Positions 27,900-41,735 of a DNA stretch of 64,000 nucleotides are shown here, piece by piece. Both the position numbers and the translations under genes were made by a program. How positions within the stretch are numbered: the first letter of the stretch is position 1; the number at the start of each line of letters is the position of its first letter. This stretch comes from Octopus sinensis. Lineage: Eukaryota. The stretch lies in NCBI RefSeq assembly GCF_006345805.1, contig NC_043009.1:51894001-51958000 (forward strand). The letters are read 5' to 3'. Under the pieces are notes generated by a model, which was not told the origin of the DNA, ran no database searches, and saw nothing but the letters and a program-made list of their open reading frames with translations.

Positions 27900-28298
27900 A
27901 CTCTTTTATTTGTTTCAGTCATATGACTGCAGCTATGCTGGAGCACCGCCTGTAGTCGAACGAATCGATCCCAGAACGTATTCTTTGTAAGCCTAGTACT
28001 TATGCCATCAGACACTTTTTGTCGAACCGCTAAGTTACAGGAACGTAAACATATCAGCATCGGTTGTCAAGCGATGTTAGGGGTGGGGAACAAACACACA
28101 CACACATACACACACACACACAAACTCATATATATATACGACAGGCTTTTTTCAGTTTCCGTCTACTAAGTCCACCCACAAGGCCTTGGTCGACCCGAGG
28201 CTGTCGTAGCAGTCACTTGCACAAGATGCCACGCAGTGGGACTGAACCCGGAACCATGTGGTTGGTAAGCAAGCTACTTACCACACAACCAATCCTAC
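27900..28298 (-). mobile_element. SINE family A
   Basis: Reverse-complement match to 2240-2657. Confidence 0.85.
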
Positions 28299-28659
28299 GA
28301 TTATCATCATCACCATTGGCCTCATATTTCTTATGTGAGAATCACGATAGTATTCTAGTTGAAGTGTGCTGTTAAAGACCACTAAGAAATATAATAATAA
28401 TGATATTAATAATGATAATCATCCTCATCATCACGATCGTCGTTATCACTATGCCAATCATCATCATTGCCATCATCACGGCGTTTGTCATTATCGTCTT
28501 AACGCTATGTTTAGTATAAAAGCTTTAAGCCAATATGTAAATAACTAGAACCTGATTGACGTGAGGAATCATGTTGAATGTTAATTTATTTTAATGTTCA
28601 TTCAGGTGTAGCGAAGGAGATTTCGATAACAATAGTAAAGTGCACAACGGGAGAAAGTG

Positions 28660-28676
28660 ATGAAATGATGATGGTG

Positions 28677-28708
<32 letters not shown>

Positions 28709-28976
28709 GATGATGATGATGATGAGGGTGGTGGTGGTGGTGATGATGATGATGATGATGATGAGGATGATGTTGATGATGATGAAGACGATTATGACGA
28801 CGACGATGATGATACTGACGATGATGACAAATATCATAATACTAATGATAATAGTAACAATGAAGACGATGTTAATGATAGAAACAGCAAAGACAAGAGC
28901 AACAACGAAAACAAAAACAGCAACAAAAACAGCAGGAATAACAAAAAAAGCAACAGCCACGACGATGATGATGATG

Positions 28977-29024
<48 letters not shown>

Positions 29025-29200
29025 GTAATAATAATATAATAATAATAATAACAATAATAATGATAATAATAATAATAATAATATTAATATTAATAATCAT
29101 GATAATAATAATAATTATAATAATAATAATAATAATATTATAATAATAATAATAATAATAATTATAATAATAATAATTATAATAATAATAATAATAATAA
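28660..29200. repeat. Compound (GAT)n / (AAC)-rich / (TAA)n microsatellite
   Basis: Direct inspection. Confidence 0.95.
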
Positions 29201-29348
29201 AGGGTTTGTGAATAATTAAAAGGAGTTAAAGAGATACAATAATATATAGTATAAGCGAAAATATGACAGTAGTTATGAAACGTATGTAATGAGTTAAGAT
29301 GTTATCCAGAAACATATTATCCAACATGTGACGGGTCATACTAAATAA

Positions 29349-29383
<35 letters not shown>

Positions 29384-29839
29384 ACAAAATTGTTAAAACA
29401 TGTAGAGTTTCAGTAAAATGTGATCTACTTACGCCGAAAGGAAACAAATATCAAAGAGAGAAAGTGTTAGAGCTTTCCCCGCGTGTAGGAGCGGCTAGAT
29501 TTTGCCTAGGTTTGGTTACATCCTCGCAGTTGCCTCTTCTCATACAGTGTCCTTGTGCGCATAAGTATATCCTTTAGCACATTCTGGATGGGTTTCTTTA
29601 GAGATGTACCCACCTCCCAAGGCAAAATAAGTTACTTATATATACATACGCACATAAACACACACACACATACACACACACAAACACACATATACACACG
29701 CACACACATGCACACAGACTTGTGCGCACACTATGTATATTTATATACACACACACACACACACATACTGTGACCGTGTGTGTACCGTTGGCGATTTTTT
29801 TTCTCCGTCTTCCCTTTTCTAGATCTTTCCTTTTCCTAT

Positions 29840-29874
29840 GTTTCTGACGAAGAGCTCCGCTCGAAACGTTAAAC
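29840..29874 (+). ncRNA. Minimal type I hammerhead ribozyme motif in a Penelope-like terminal-repeat fragment (~29770-29975)
   Basis: GTTT-CTGACGA-A-GAGC TCC GCTC-GAAA-C-GTT-AAAC. Intact CUGANGA/GAAA core with a palindromic, loopless stem III (AACGTT). Confidence 0.7.
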
Positions 29875-31754
29875 CCTTCCCTTCCTTCCTGAGCGTCCAA
29901 TGTTACTATATTTATTCCACGTCCTCACGTTGTTGTGTTTTCTCTTTGTGTTTTCATGTTTGGATTAACTTTATATATATATATACATACACACAGGCAC
30001 ATGCAAATGGCTTCCACATAATTTCAGCTTTCTACGACACGTAAAATACGTAAACATCCAAGGATGACTGGACGTAGTTCATGAAATACTAGACACGGTA
30101 GCCAGTCACTCTCAAGTCACAATTTGCCGTCTTAAAATGTGATTATTGAAAAGGAAACTAAACAATATTCATCATACTGGTAACTTTCTATAGAATTGAG
30201 ATTGAACAAACCTATGAACAAATTCGTTTCATCCGTTATGATACCATTTTCTATCGTAATACTATGATGAAGACAGTATATCTGTCTTATACAATATTTT
30301 CTTCTTAAATAAATTATTGTGTGATATGTAGAATATCCATCTATTATAATTGCTGGGTGAGTAATAGCGTTAGGTTCTGTAGTTTAGCCTGCAAAATTAC
30401 TATGTCATCTAACGCGCCATATTTATCAATTTTCGTTAAATTTAATATCGTTAATACTTAAACATTGAATCAACTGTATGCACTTGTAAATTTTGACCCA
30501 TGATAAAGAAGGACATGGATTATTGTTAATTGAATGTCATTGCTCCCAATTCTACAAATATCGCTCTAAAACCATAATATCGTTAACGATATACTAACGT
30601 ACAATTCGCCATGCTACTATTATCTAACGTAATATTTCATTGAAACAGTATGTTTTCAATTTGAAAAGCAGGTAATCTAGAAACCTATATCCTCTTTATG
30701 TCCATCTAAATTTTCTTCTTTGTCGAACTATCATTTTGCTTCCACTGTAAAACCCAAGCGGAATGAAGTTATCTAAATTCTTTTGTTTTAATTAGGACTG
30801 CAGTTAACATTAAACACAGCATTTAAATAGATTTAGATAACGCTTCAATAAAAAAAATGGCGATTTCTCGCTTCGTTGCGTACTTTGCTAATTAATGTCA
30901 CATCCGCTATTTTATTTTTAATTTAAAATTTATTCCCTGGAGACAAAATGTTATGATACAAAACAAGTAAAAAATACTAATTTATTCGACCACATTGAAC
31001 TACCTTCATCAATTAATTATTGCTTCTCATTTCTCTTCGGCTGGATTGCATTTGAATAAATGTTCCTGTGTTGCTTTAAATATTATGTTTCTTTTTTTCA
31101 AATATAGAATATTTGGTTATTGTTTGTGTTTCGTATTTGCTATTTCTTCTTTTCTCTAATACTGAGTAACTGGTTTTAAGACATTGCAGAATTTATTAAG
31201 GCTATCATTTCAAAATCTGCAGCAAATGTTTAAATTCACAAATACGGAAAATGATCAACAAACTTAAAATATTATAATCATTTTTTTTTAAACTTTAAAG
31301 CGTGTTCTGTATTTCTTCTCTCTCTTGATTTTCTTCAAATTCATTTTAGTAAAACAGACCTCTCGGCAAGAAAATGTTTTGAACTAATAGTTTGGTAAAA
31401 CTATCGAGGTTATTGATTAATTTATCGGTGAAAACAGAGAACTAGTGCCACGCATTTGTTTCCCTGACTTGTTACAATGACAATACAACAAAACATTAAT
31501 AGGTTTCGGTTTAAAATAAATATTAACATTCCTATATTCTTTTACTTGTTTCAGTCATATGATTGCGGACAAACTGGAGCATCACCTTTAGTCGAGCAAA
31601 ACGACTCAAGACTTATTTTTTGTAAGCCTAGTACTTATTCTATCGTACTCTTTTGCCGAAACGCTAAGTTACGGGGACGTAAACACACCAGCATCTGTTA
31701 TCAAGCGATGTTTGGGGTGAGGGGACAAACGCAGACACACAAACGTATACAGAT

Positions 31755-32380
31755 ATATAAAGGGGTTGAACAAAATAATGGAAACACCTAGCATCATAAC
31801 CGTTAAAAGCTTTTTATTTTAATGTTTTTGATTTATTATTTGTGTTGCTTAATATGTTTTGATAATATTGCTGTTTCTTTTCAGATAACATTAGAAAAAG
31901 GTAATTAAAATTCATTAAAATGACAGATCTATCAGACTTTCAAAGAAGTCAAATCGTTGGTGCTCGTATGGTAGGCACTAGCGTAAAGAAAACAGCCGAA
32001 AATGTTTGGTGTATCAAGAAGTACTGTCTCAAAAGTAATGACAGTCTTTGAGGAAGAGGTAAAAAAAAACCTCCTCGTCAAGGCAAAACTCCGGAAGAAA
32101 ACCAAAATTTTAGATAGGGACCGTCGGACTCTTACACGAATTGTTAGAAAGAATCACAAAAGTATAGCTCCCAAAATTAATGCAGAGCTTAATGACCACC
32201 TCGAGAACCTTGTTTTCCCAAAAAATGCTCACCGGGAGCTGCACAAAATCGGATTTCATGGGAGTGCTGCAATCAGAAAACCACTACTTTCAAAAACAAA
32301 TGTTGCAAAGCGTTCAGAGTGGAGTAAAATCTTATATAATTGGTCCCTAGAGTAGTGGAAGAATGTTATTTTCTCGTACG
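31755..32380 (+). mobile_element. Tc1-like transposon 5' fragment (TIR plus paired-like HTH region), frameshifted and truncated
   Basis: TIR-like AGGGGTTGAACAAAATAATGGAAACACC; MTDLSDFQRSQIVGARM from 31920; GVSRSTVSKV...RDRRTLTRIVRKNHK...RELHKIGFHGSAAIRKPLLS...KRSEW. Confidence 0.85.
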
Positions 32381-32606
32381 AGTCATTTGTGTGTGTTTTT
32401 GTGCCTGTGTTTCTCCTACTACCATCACTTGATAACAGATGTTGGTGTGTTTACATCAGTCTTGATCACAGACACCGATAACATAAGTACTATTCTTACA
32501 GGGAATAAGTCCTGGGGCCGATTTCTTCGACTGAAAACCCCTTTAAGTTGGTGCTCCAGCATCATAGTAGTCAAATTATTGAAATAAAAGAATAAAAAAC
32601 TCTATG

Positions 32607-32721
<115 letters not shown>

Positions 32722-32770
32722 TATATATATATATATACATGTATTATTATATATATATATATATATATAG

Positions 32771-32828
<58 letters not shown>

Positions 32829-33230
32829 CATATATGTGTTTGAAAATAATTCCCTATTTATAAGGTACTTATAAATTATTTATTAATTGGAAATTTTTTA
32901 TCAAAATGTTTGTGTTTGTTTTTTCAAGTATTAATAAATAATTTATAAGTCTTTTAAAATAGGGAGTTACTTTACAATCACCCTCTATATGAAAACACAC
33001 ATATACACACGTATATCTATATACATTCACACACAGGCATTCCAACCACACACAAGTGCGTATATATGACTGTGTTAAGTATGTTTATATCCTCCTTCCA
33101 AGTGATGCATATGACAGTACAAATCCCGAGCTACAATAGTCCCTTACACCAAGTCGCAAACACTTCTTTGTTTCTCTCCTCTAGAAATGCAGTGTAAGAG
33201 TAATTAGTCTATTTGAAATTTGTAACCATA

Positions 33231-33600
33231 GGCGTAGGAGTGGTAAGTAGCTTGCTTACGAAACATAGTTCCGATTTCAGTCCCACTATGTGGCACCTTG
33301 GGCAAGTGTCTTCTACTATAGCCTCGAGCCGACCAAACCTTGTGAGTGCATTTGGTAGACAGAAACTGAAAGAAGCCCGACGTATATATGTATATATATA
33401 TGTGTGTGTGTGTGTGTATGTGTGTCTGTGTTTGTCCCCTAACATAGATTGACAACCGATGCTGGTGTGTTTACGTAACTTAGCGGTTCGGCAAAAGAGA
33501 CCGATAGAATAAGTACTAGGGAGCGATTTGTTCGACTAAAGGCGATGCTCCAGCATGGCCGCAGTCAAATGAAAGAAACATGTAAAAGAGTAAAAGAGTA
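33231..33600 (+). mobile_element. SINE family A
   Basis: Same head, core and tail as 2240-2657. Confidence 0.85.
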
Positions 33601-35262
33601 ACCATCGATATCATCATTTATCTTAATGCTAGTACGAAGTTTTATTCATTTTTAAGTTTCGTAATCACTTTTCAAAACATTCATTTTACTTAACCGAAAG
33701 CGATGACAATGAAAAGGGGATCGGTATAAATGTGAAACGATTTATCAGTAAGAAATATCAGAGAGAGGCGCAGACGATCAAAATTAATATTATGTTGTTG
33801 ACAATGCTGGGAGATTGCAGAATCGTTAACACGCCGGGCAAAATACTTAATGGTCCTTCTTCACGTTTTGAGTTCAAATTCTACCGAGATCGCCTTTTCC
33901 TTTCATCCTTTCGGTGTCGATTAAGATATGTACCAGATGAAAACTGAAGTCAACCTAAACGACTATCCCCCTCTCTAACAATTGCTGGCCGTATGCCAAA
34001 ATTTTCAAATCAATAATTTGGTGTAGATCTGATAGTCAGTTCAGTGTAACTTGAATAAATCTATCAAGAAACGTATTCCACCCGTACGCAACGAGATTGT
34101 TTCTGTACAAGAATAATATTGTCAAGTTTATATGCGACTTTATGATGTCCGGCGAGTGATTTGTAGATTTGGTTAATAAATCTCACCTGCTAGTAAGTAT
34201 TGCTGTTGCATTTATTTATTTCTTATTAGTGGGGAAAGTATTAAAATAGTTCACCTCTATATATTAATTCCTTAACGTGTTTCACCCATGCTTCGTTTTG
34301 CTTAACTATATTCTAGTCTGTGTATCAACAAAGAAACCCGACAAAATGTATTTTTTTTGACAGATTATCTAAGCCTTTCTGATGCAATACCCTTTCCATT
34401 ATTTTGCAGGTCGGGTGTAGGTCCTGGTAATATTAGATTAGACTTGTGGGATTTCTAAAAGGAGAAACAAAGAGTTGAACGCTCCATTATTGCTTAGAAA
34501 CGGCACGAAATGTTGAATTTGAAACAGCTAACTACTCACTTAAACAATACTATTTGCTGTTACAAATCGTTTTTCCACGTGACATCAATTTTGTTTTATT
34601 AAGAGAAAAAAAAAAGAAATACGGTTAAACAAGAGTAAGAGAAATAGATACAGATGTAAAGTTGTAAATTTTAGCAATATGAAACAAATGAAGCCATTTT
34701 ATAAACTTTGATGGGAAATTAGCAAATATATTCTCATATTTTATCTATATTTTCTCAAATCTATGCAATCAATTCAAGTAAGTGGAAGAGAAAAAAAAAG
34801 CAAATGATTTGCTATCTCAACAAACACATTTTAACGTTGGTTTTAGCCTTCGGCAAATCGTCACTTTCCTCTAAGATCTCTTCAAGCGAGAAAAATATTG
34901 GCGTATTTTTCAAAATTTCGCTCGTTTCTAAATCCACCACGAAACTGAAATACTAGAAGAGGAGAGATTACAGGGCATCACAAATTATTTCACAGGTTTG
35001 ATTCTTGTTGGTTAAAGGATATTAGACTATTAAGAAATAAATTGCATACATACAAATTTAAGTCTATATATGTGAAGGGATATATAACGACACTTCAGCT
35101 TGCTTTTCTTTCTCCATTATATAAATATAAAGTTGATTCGAAATTGAAAATTTTCAGAAAATTGAAAACTGGAGAGAAAGTTAAAACAGTTAGAAGCAAA
35201 CATCTTACGTTAAATTATAAAATTGACATTCCGTCTGAATAGTTCGGTTATAATAAGTTTAA

Positions 35263-35316
<54 letters not shown>

Positions 35317-35879
35317 TATATATATACACGCGTGTGTGTGGTGTATGCGCATATACAATTGTATATATGCATATATATATAGATATAATATTATATATAT
35401 ATATATATATCTATATATATGCATTATATACATAGATATACTAAAATATATTCATATATACACACATATACAAACACACCACCAAATATATATATTATAT
35501 ATATATATATATATACATATATACACACTATATACAAACACACACACACACAAATATATATATTATAATATATATATATATACATACACACAGACACACA
35601 TATATATGTACGTATGTATGTATGTATATATATATATGTGTGTGTGTGTGTGTATATAGATATGTGTGTATGTGTATGTGTGTGTGTGTGCATTGTTTTT
35701 CGGGGGTATTCTTGAAATAGAAATAGTAATGATTGCCAACGTATTGAGAAGTTTACATAGATACATAAGTAAGTGCACTATTCGAAAGCGAATATACAGA
35801 TAAGTATATGGACTCAGACACTTACACATACATACAAACGTCAAATAAACATGATAATAATAATAGTAATTATAATCAT

Positions 35880-35885
35880 ACTACA

Positions 35886-35963
<78 letters not shown>

Positions 35964-35982
35964 GCTGCTACTACTACTGCTG

Positions 35983-36021
<39 letters not shown>

Positions 36022-36040
36022 ATAATAATAATAATAATAA
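35880..36040. repeat. (ACT)n/(AAT)n microsatellite
   Basis: Direct inspection. Confidence 0.95.
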
Positions 36041-37699
36041 AAAATAATAATAATAGTAAAACAAAATTGGAGAATTCATCGGTGTATATAAATACCGAAA
36101 TAAGTTTATATTTTTTTGTATCCGAATGCTAATGTATCTCTAGTGGTATGTATGGAAATCGAAACTTTTATGTGCGTGTGTATATATATATATATATATA
36201 CATCATTACATACATGTATACATACATGTACTTATTTACATGCAATTCTATTCTGTATGTGTATGTTCATATCTGCATACAAATACACACACACACCACA
36301 CACACAAACACACTCATACACACAGAAACGCATAGACATGCATAAATACGCGGGCATGTACATCTGTCCGTATGTATACAGATATAACGCCACGCACACT
36401 CACACACACACACACACACACAAACGCACACAACGCAGAAATTCACACAGGATATGTAATGCAAAGACAAAAAATTAGCCAAGCAAATTAAATTAAAATC
36501 CCCATCACATAAGGAGATAGCGTCCCGTATCAAATAACGTAGCTACTTCCATTTTGTTTCTTAGCGTTGATTTTTATTTATTTCTATTTTGGAGAAAACA
36601 AATATTCGTAGAGTGTTTATTTAAGTTTCACTTAACAAAAATGGCAGTCTTCGGCACGCACAATAATTCCTATAAAACTATCACGCCTAGTTAGTTTTAC
36701 CATTAAAGAAAATCACATAATTCGTGTTTATCTACTGCCGTTGATAGAAATAAACACACACCGATACTATTTATTTGTATATTATCGTTTTTATTTTATT
36801 TATTGGTTTGTACTCAGAGATTTTACCTTGTTTCTTGTCTTATTCCATTTGTACATTCTTCTCTAAATTACCATTTGTGTTCATTTCATATATACTTCAT
36901 TTAGAAAGATATTTCCATCAAAATTCTCATTTTATATTTTCAACAGGATTTGTTTAAACACAAACAGTAAAATACATTTTTGATTGTGTCATTAGGAAAT
37001 GTGCACGCAGGCTTACACACACAAACACACACAAATGCACACACAAACACACATACACACACACATGTATATATACAAACAAGCATGTATGTGTGTGTGT
37101 GTATGTTCGTAAATTTATCAGTACGTCAATATCTGTGAATAAACATTCTGTGTCATCAAACTTTGAATGTACCTCATATATCACTTTCTCTATTATTCCA
37201 GCTACTTCTCTCTCTGTTTCTATGTCTCTCTGTCGCTCTCGCCCTCTCTCTCATTACCTTCGTCTGTCTAGCTTGTGTCTGGCTGCTCTTCTCTCTCTCT
37301 CTCTCTCTCTCCTCTCTCCCTCTGTGTACCTTCGTCTCTCTTTCTCTGTCTCTCTACTCTATATATATGTGTATGTGTTTGTGTGTATGCTTGTGCGTGT
37401 GTTTGTGCGAGCAGCCATGTATGTGAGCACGTGTGTGTGGATGTGTGGGGAGGGGGTCTAGTGTTCAGGTTGTTCGAATCACGAAGGATATGGTTTGAGT
37501 TCGATTCCAGGCTAGAGCGTACGCTTTTGGTTAGTAAACATCATTTGGTTTGTGCACGTCTTTTCACGTTTTTTCAATCTCTTCATCCCAAAAAGATTAT
37601 CAGTAATATGTCCGTGAAAATTCATTTCACTCACTCTTTCTCTATATATATGTCTCTGTCTCTGTCTGTACCTTTTTCTGTCTCTGTCTCCCGATAGTT

Positions 37700-38090
37700 G
37701 TCACAATCTGGAGATGCCATTGTTTCAAAAGGTCGGTTATGGGTTCCGTCACACTTCATGACACCTTTGGCAAGTCTCTCCCACTTTGACATTGGGCCGA
37801 CCAAAACCTCGTGAGTGGATTTAGTAGACGAAAACTGAAAGAAGCCCGTCGTGTATATGTGTGTGGGTGTGTGTGTGTGTGGTGTGTGTCCATGTTTGTC
37901 TCCGAACATCGCTTGACAACCGATGTTGGTATGTTTAAATCCACGTAACTTAGCGGTTTGGCAAAAAGAATAGAATAAATACTAAGCTCTAAAATATAAG
38001 CCCTGCGGCCGATTGGTTCCACTAAAAGCATTCAAGGCTGTGCTCAAGCATTGCCGTAGTCATATGACTGAAACAAATTATAAAGTAAAA
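37700..38090 (+). mobile_element. SINE family A (diverged)
   Basis: Core GACGAAAACTGAAAGAAGCCCGTCG and the family A 3' block are present. Confidence 0.75.
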
Positions 38091-38120
38091 TATATATATA
38101 TATATGCATATATATAATAC

Positions 38121-38633
38121 ACATATGAGAGAGAATCCACTAAAGTGGACGCCCTTACGCTAAAGAGAGATCCGCATGAGTCGCAACCACTAAAAATTGT
38201 TCTCATTTGAATATAACTATGAATATAATAGGCCGTACTGCTCGTATTTTTGACCTCGTGTTAATATATGGCGTGCAGTTCGACAAATTATATTTTTGAC
38301 GGACTCCACTGATGACCTGCAAATTAATTGTGTAAGTAAAATTGCATAATTTATTAACAGTGAAACAATAGTAAGGGGGTTAACCTATATTTTTGTTATT
38401 TTTCATTTATCCAGCTCGCTTACGTTCATAGTGTGCTAAGTTTTTCTTAAGAACAAGTTTTAGTGGTTGAGACTCATGCGGATCTCTCTTTAGCGTAAGG
38501 GCGTCCACTTTAGTGGATTCTCTCTCATATGTATATTAATAATATTTACTGAATCTCAGTTTTTTATGCGCTAAACCACTGGTGTTAAATTGATGTTATT
38601 AAATTAATATCCAATTTTTTCATCCTCATTTTG

Positions 38634-38640
<7 letters not shown>
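38121..38640. mobile_element. Inverted-repeat element (83-bp arms, ~246-bp spacer) with one-sided tail; same family as 26496 and 20285
   Basis: Arms 38121-38203 and 38450-38532 differ at two positions by eye. Flanked by (TA)n. Confidence 0.75.
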
Positions 38641-38675
<35 letters not shown>

Positions 38676-38701
38676 GGCTAAAGAAAATTATTTCAATGCC
38701 A

Positions 38702-38734
<33 letters not shown>

Positions 38735-38849
38735 TGTATGTATGTATGTATGTATGTATGTATGTATGTATGTATGTATGCATGTATGTGTGTATGAGTT
38801 TATATCTGTTTGTATATATGTGTGTGTGTGTATATTCTTTCATTTTTTA

Positions 38850-39240
38850 TTCTTTTACTTGTTTCAGTCATTTAACAGCGGCCATGTTGGAGCACCGTCT
38901 TTCGTCGAGCAGATCGGCCCCAGGACATATTATTTGCAAGCCTAGTAGTTATCCTAGCGGTTTCTTTCGCCGAACCGCTAAGCCACGGGAACGCAAAAAC
39001 ACGCATACAAGCAAGCGATGTTGGGGCGTGGGGAGAACACACATAAACATACTTACACACACACACACACATATACGACAGACGTTTTTCAGTTTCCGTC
39101 TACCAAAACTGCTCACAATGCTTTGGTCGGCTCGAGGCTGTAGTACAAAAGCCTATCCAAAGGTACTACGCAGGTGCACTGAATCCGGAACCATATGGTT
39201 GGTAGGCAAGCTACTTACCACCCTGCTAATACTGTGCCTA
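38850..39240 (-). mobile_element. SINE family A
   Basis: Reverse-complement match to 2240-2657. Confidence 0.8.
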
Positions 39241-39244
39241 TGTG

Positions 39245-39279
<35 letters not shown>

Positions 39280-39281
39280 GT

Positions 39282-39358
<77 letters not shown>

Positions 39359-39440
39359 GGTCCCGGGTTGATTCGGGGTTAACACAGTAAATAAGGTACT
39401 CAATACATAGCAGAGTAAAATTAATTTATTATATAGAAGG

Positions 39441-39491
39441 AGCTTCTACAGGACTAGAACTGTTTCATTCAAGAGAAATCTTCAGGAAGCT
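39441..39491 (-). ncRNA. Type I hammerhead ribozyme with a complete three-stem fold, in a Penelope-like fragment (~39358-39720)
   Basis: Reverse strand: AGCTTC-CTGAAGA-TTTC TCTT GAAT-GAAA-CAG TTCTAGTC CTG-TA-GAAGCT. 6-bp stem I, 3-bp stem III with an 8-nt loop, GUA cleavage site. Confidence 0.8.
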
Positions 39492-39739
39492 AGTAACAAG
39501 AATTGTATTGGCATTTATACATTAGGCAGGTTTAACGGGGTGTTGGTGGGGGACTTTTTTGGGGGTAGGCATAGCACAAAATATCATACTTGGGGGAGTG
39601 GTCAAGGAGTCAGTGTTAAATTAGATAGAAGAATAAATAAAAAAAAAAATAAAAAAATAAAAAAATAAAAAAATAAAAAATAAAGAAAAAAAAAAAAACC
39701 TATATATAAAAACAAAAAAGGTAGATAAATAGATAGATG

Positions 39740-39833
<94 letters not shown>

Positions 39834-40604
39834 CAGATAGATAGATAGATAGACGCACATACATGAATGCATCCAGTTGGGGTCACGCGTGTGCGTGTGT
39901 GTAAATTTCGACTAAATTTCAGTCGTTTTCCTTTAATGTTATATAACACTTTTCAACGAAACACGAGAATGCAAAACCGTTTGCTAAAAAAATTGTGCAA
40001 ATCAGTCAAGTAAGGAGAAACACGCGAGAAGAAAACTCGATTTCAATTTTCTATAACATTATGTAATTTGTCAAACGTATCAGAAATGCAGGTTGAATTC
40101 AGAATTTATGAAATATAATACTTTACAAATATAATACTTTACAATTTCGTGATGCAATAATGACATAAGAATTGACAATTTTTTATGAAAAAAATTTCGT
40201 TGTGTGTTGTGTAAGAGGAAATCATATGCTAGTATTGCAACGCATATCTTGCTGAATAATCCGATCCAGTACAAAGAAGAGACTAGCGGAGATTTGTATA
40301 GCGGTGTAAAGGTATCTTGGTCTATATATTTGTAAAGCGGAGTAAAGGTATCTGGGTTTTCAATTCATAATTTCAATGTGAAGAAAATCAGCTAAAAGAC
40401 AGCAATTTTTAGGCCAAATTGGTTACATAGAACACAATCCTGACTGGCACTTTATATTATCGACGACGGCAGAATGGAAATACAGTTGAGCTAGACATTT
40501 GGATTCAAAGCATAAAGTCGGAAAGAATGACACTAGGAGTTTAATCAGGTTTGCTAATAAAGACTCTGCCGGTTCGCCGCCTTAAAATGCATTTTTAAAC
40601 ACTT

Positions 40605-40813
40605 TCAAATTTTGGTACAAGACTAGCAGGATCGGGGGAGGGAGAAAGTCGATTACATTTACTTCAATATTCCACTGGTACTTATTTTACCGACTTCAAA
40701 ACGATGAAAGGCAAAGTCGACCCCGGTGGCATTTGAAATCACAATGTGAAGATGGTCAAAATACCGCTAAGTATTCTGCTCCGCGTGCTAACGAGTCTGC
40801 TACTCGCCGCCTT
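40605..40813 (-). mobile_element. SINE family B (other copies at ~33805-34010 (+), 40400-40565 and 63855-64000)
   Basis: GAAAGGCAAAGTCGACCCCGGTGGCATTTGAA...CTCGCCGCC. Confidence 0.75.
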
Positions 40814-41590
40814 ACGAATCAGTTATGTCATCATAATAATTTCAACCGAGTGAATTTATTGCTTCTTTCACTTCCGTACATATATGCATTTTAATGAAAA
40901 TTCATGATATTTAAAAAAAAAAATAAAGAACGCAGTTTTTAAGCGTTAAAATTCCACATTTTGTTTGCATTCCAAACACCATCACAATGCATGTACATGT
41001 ACGTATGCACATTTGTGTGTGTTTGTATGTGCGGTGGAGGGAGGCGTGCGTGTTTGTGTGTGCGTGTGTGTGTGTTTGTGTGTGTGTATGTGTGTGTAAG
41101 TATCTGTGGGTATGTGTGTGTGTGTGTGTATAAGTGCAGAGAAGCGAAGCCATAAGATTACGGTTGCTGATTTAGAATTCGCAAATATTACAGAATTGAA
41201 GCGAAGTTTCATTCTCTGTGAGGAACAATAGTAGATTTGCTTCTTTACACGTACTCGGTTCCATCAAAATACACTAGGGGTGTACATGGGATACACTTAA
41301 AGCGGGATTCAAGATGATTCAACGTTTAACAAAAAATACATACACAAGTACGCACGCGCACTAGCATGCACACAGACACACACCTATATCATCACACACA
41401 CACACACACACACATACACACACATATATATACGTGACATAGTATTTGAGACTTTGAGTATATATGAACATGCATTTATCCGTCATCTTCTATCTGATCT
41501 ATCTATCATCTATTCTATCTATCTATCTATCTCTTATCTACCTATCTATCTATCCATCTATCTATATCTATCTATCTATCTTCTATCTAC

Positions 41591-41625
<35 letters not shown>

Positions 41626-41735
41626 ACCTATCTATCTATCCATCTATCTACTACCTATCTATCTATCTACCTATCTATCATCTATCTATCTATCTATCCA
41701 TCTATCTATCTATCTACCTATCTATCTATCTATCT

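Noticed and set aside
25940-28660. Plus-strand acceptor-like sites at ~25940 and ~28606
   Set aside because: They lead into short frames that run into microsatellites, with no recognisable protein or convincing donor.
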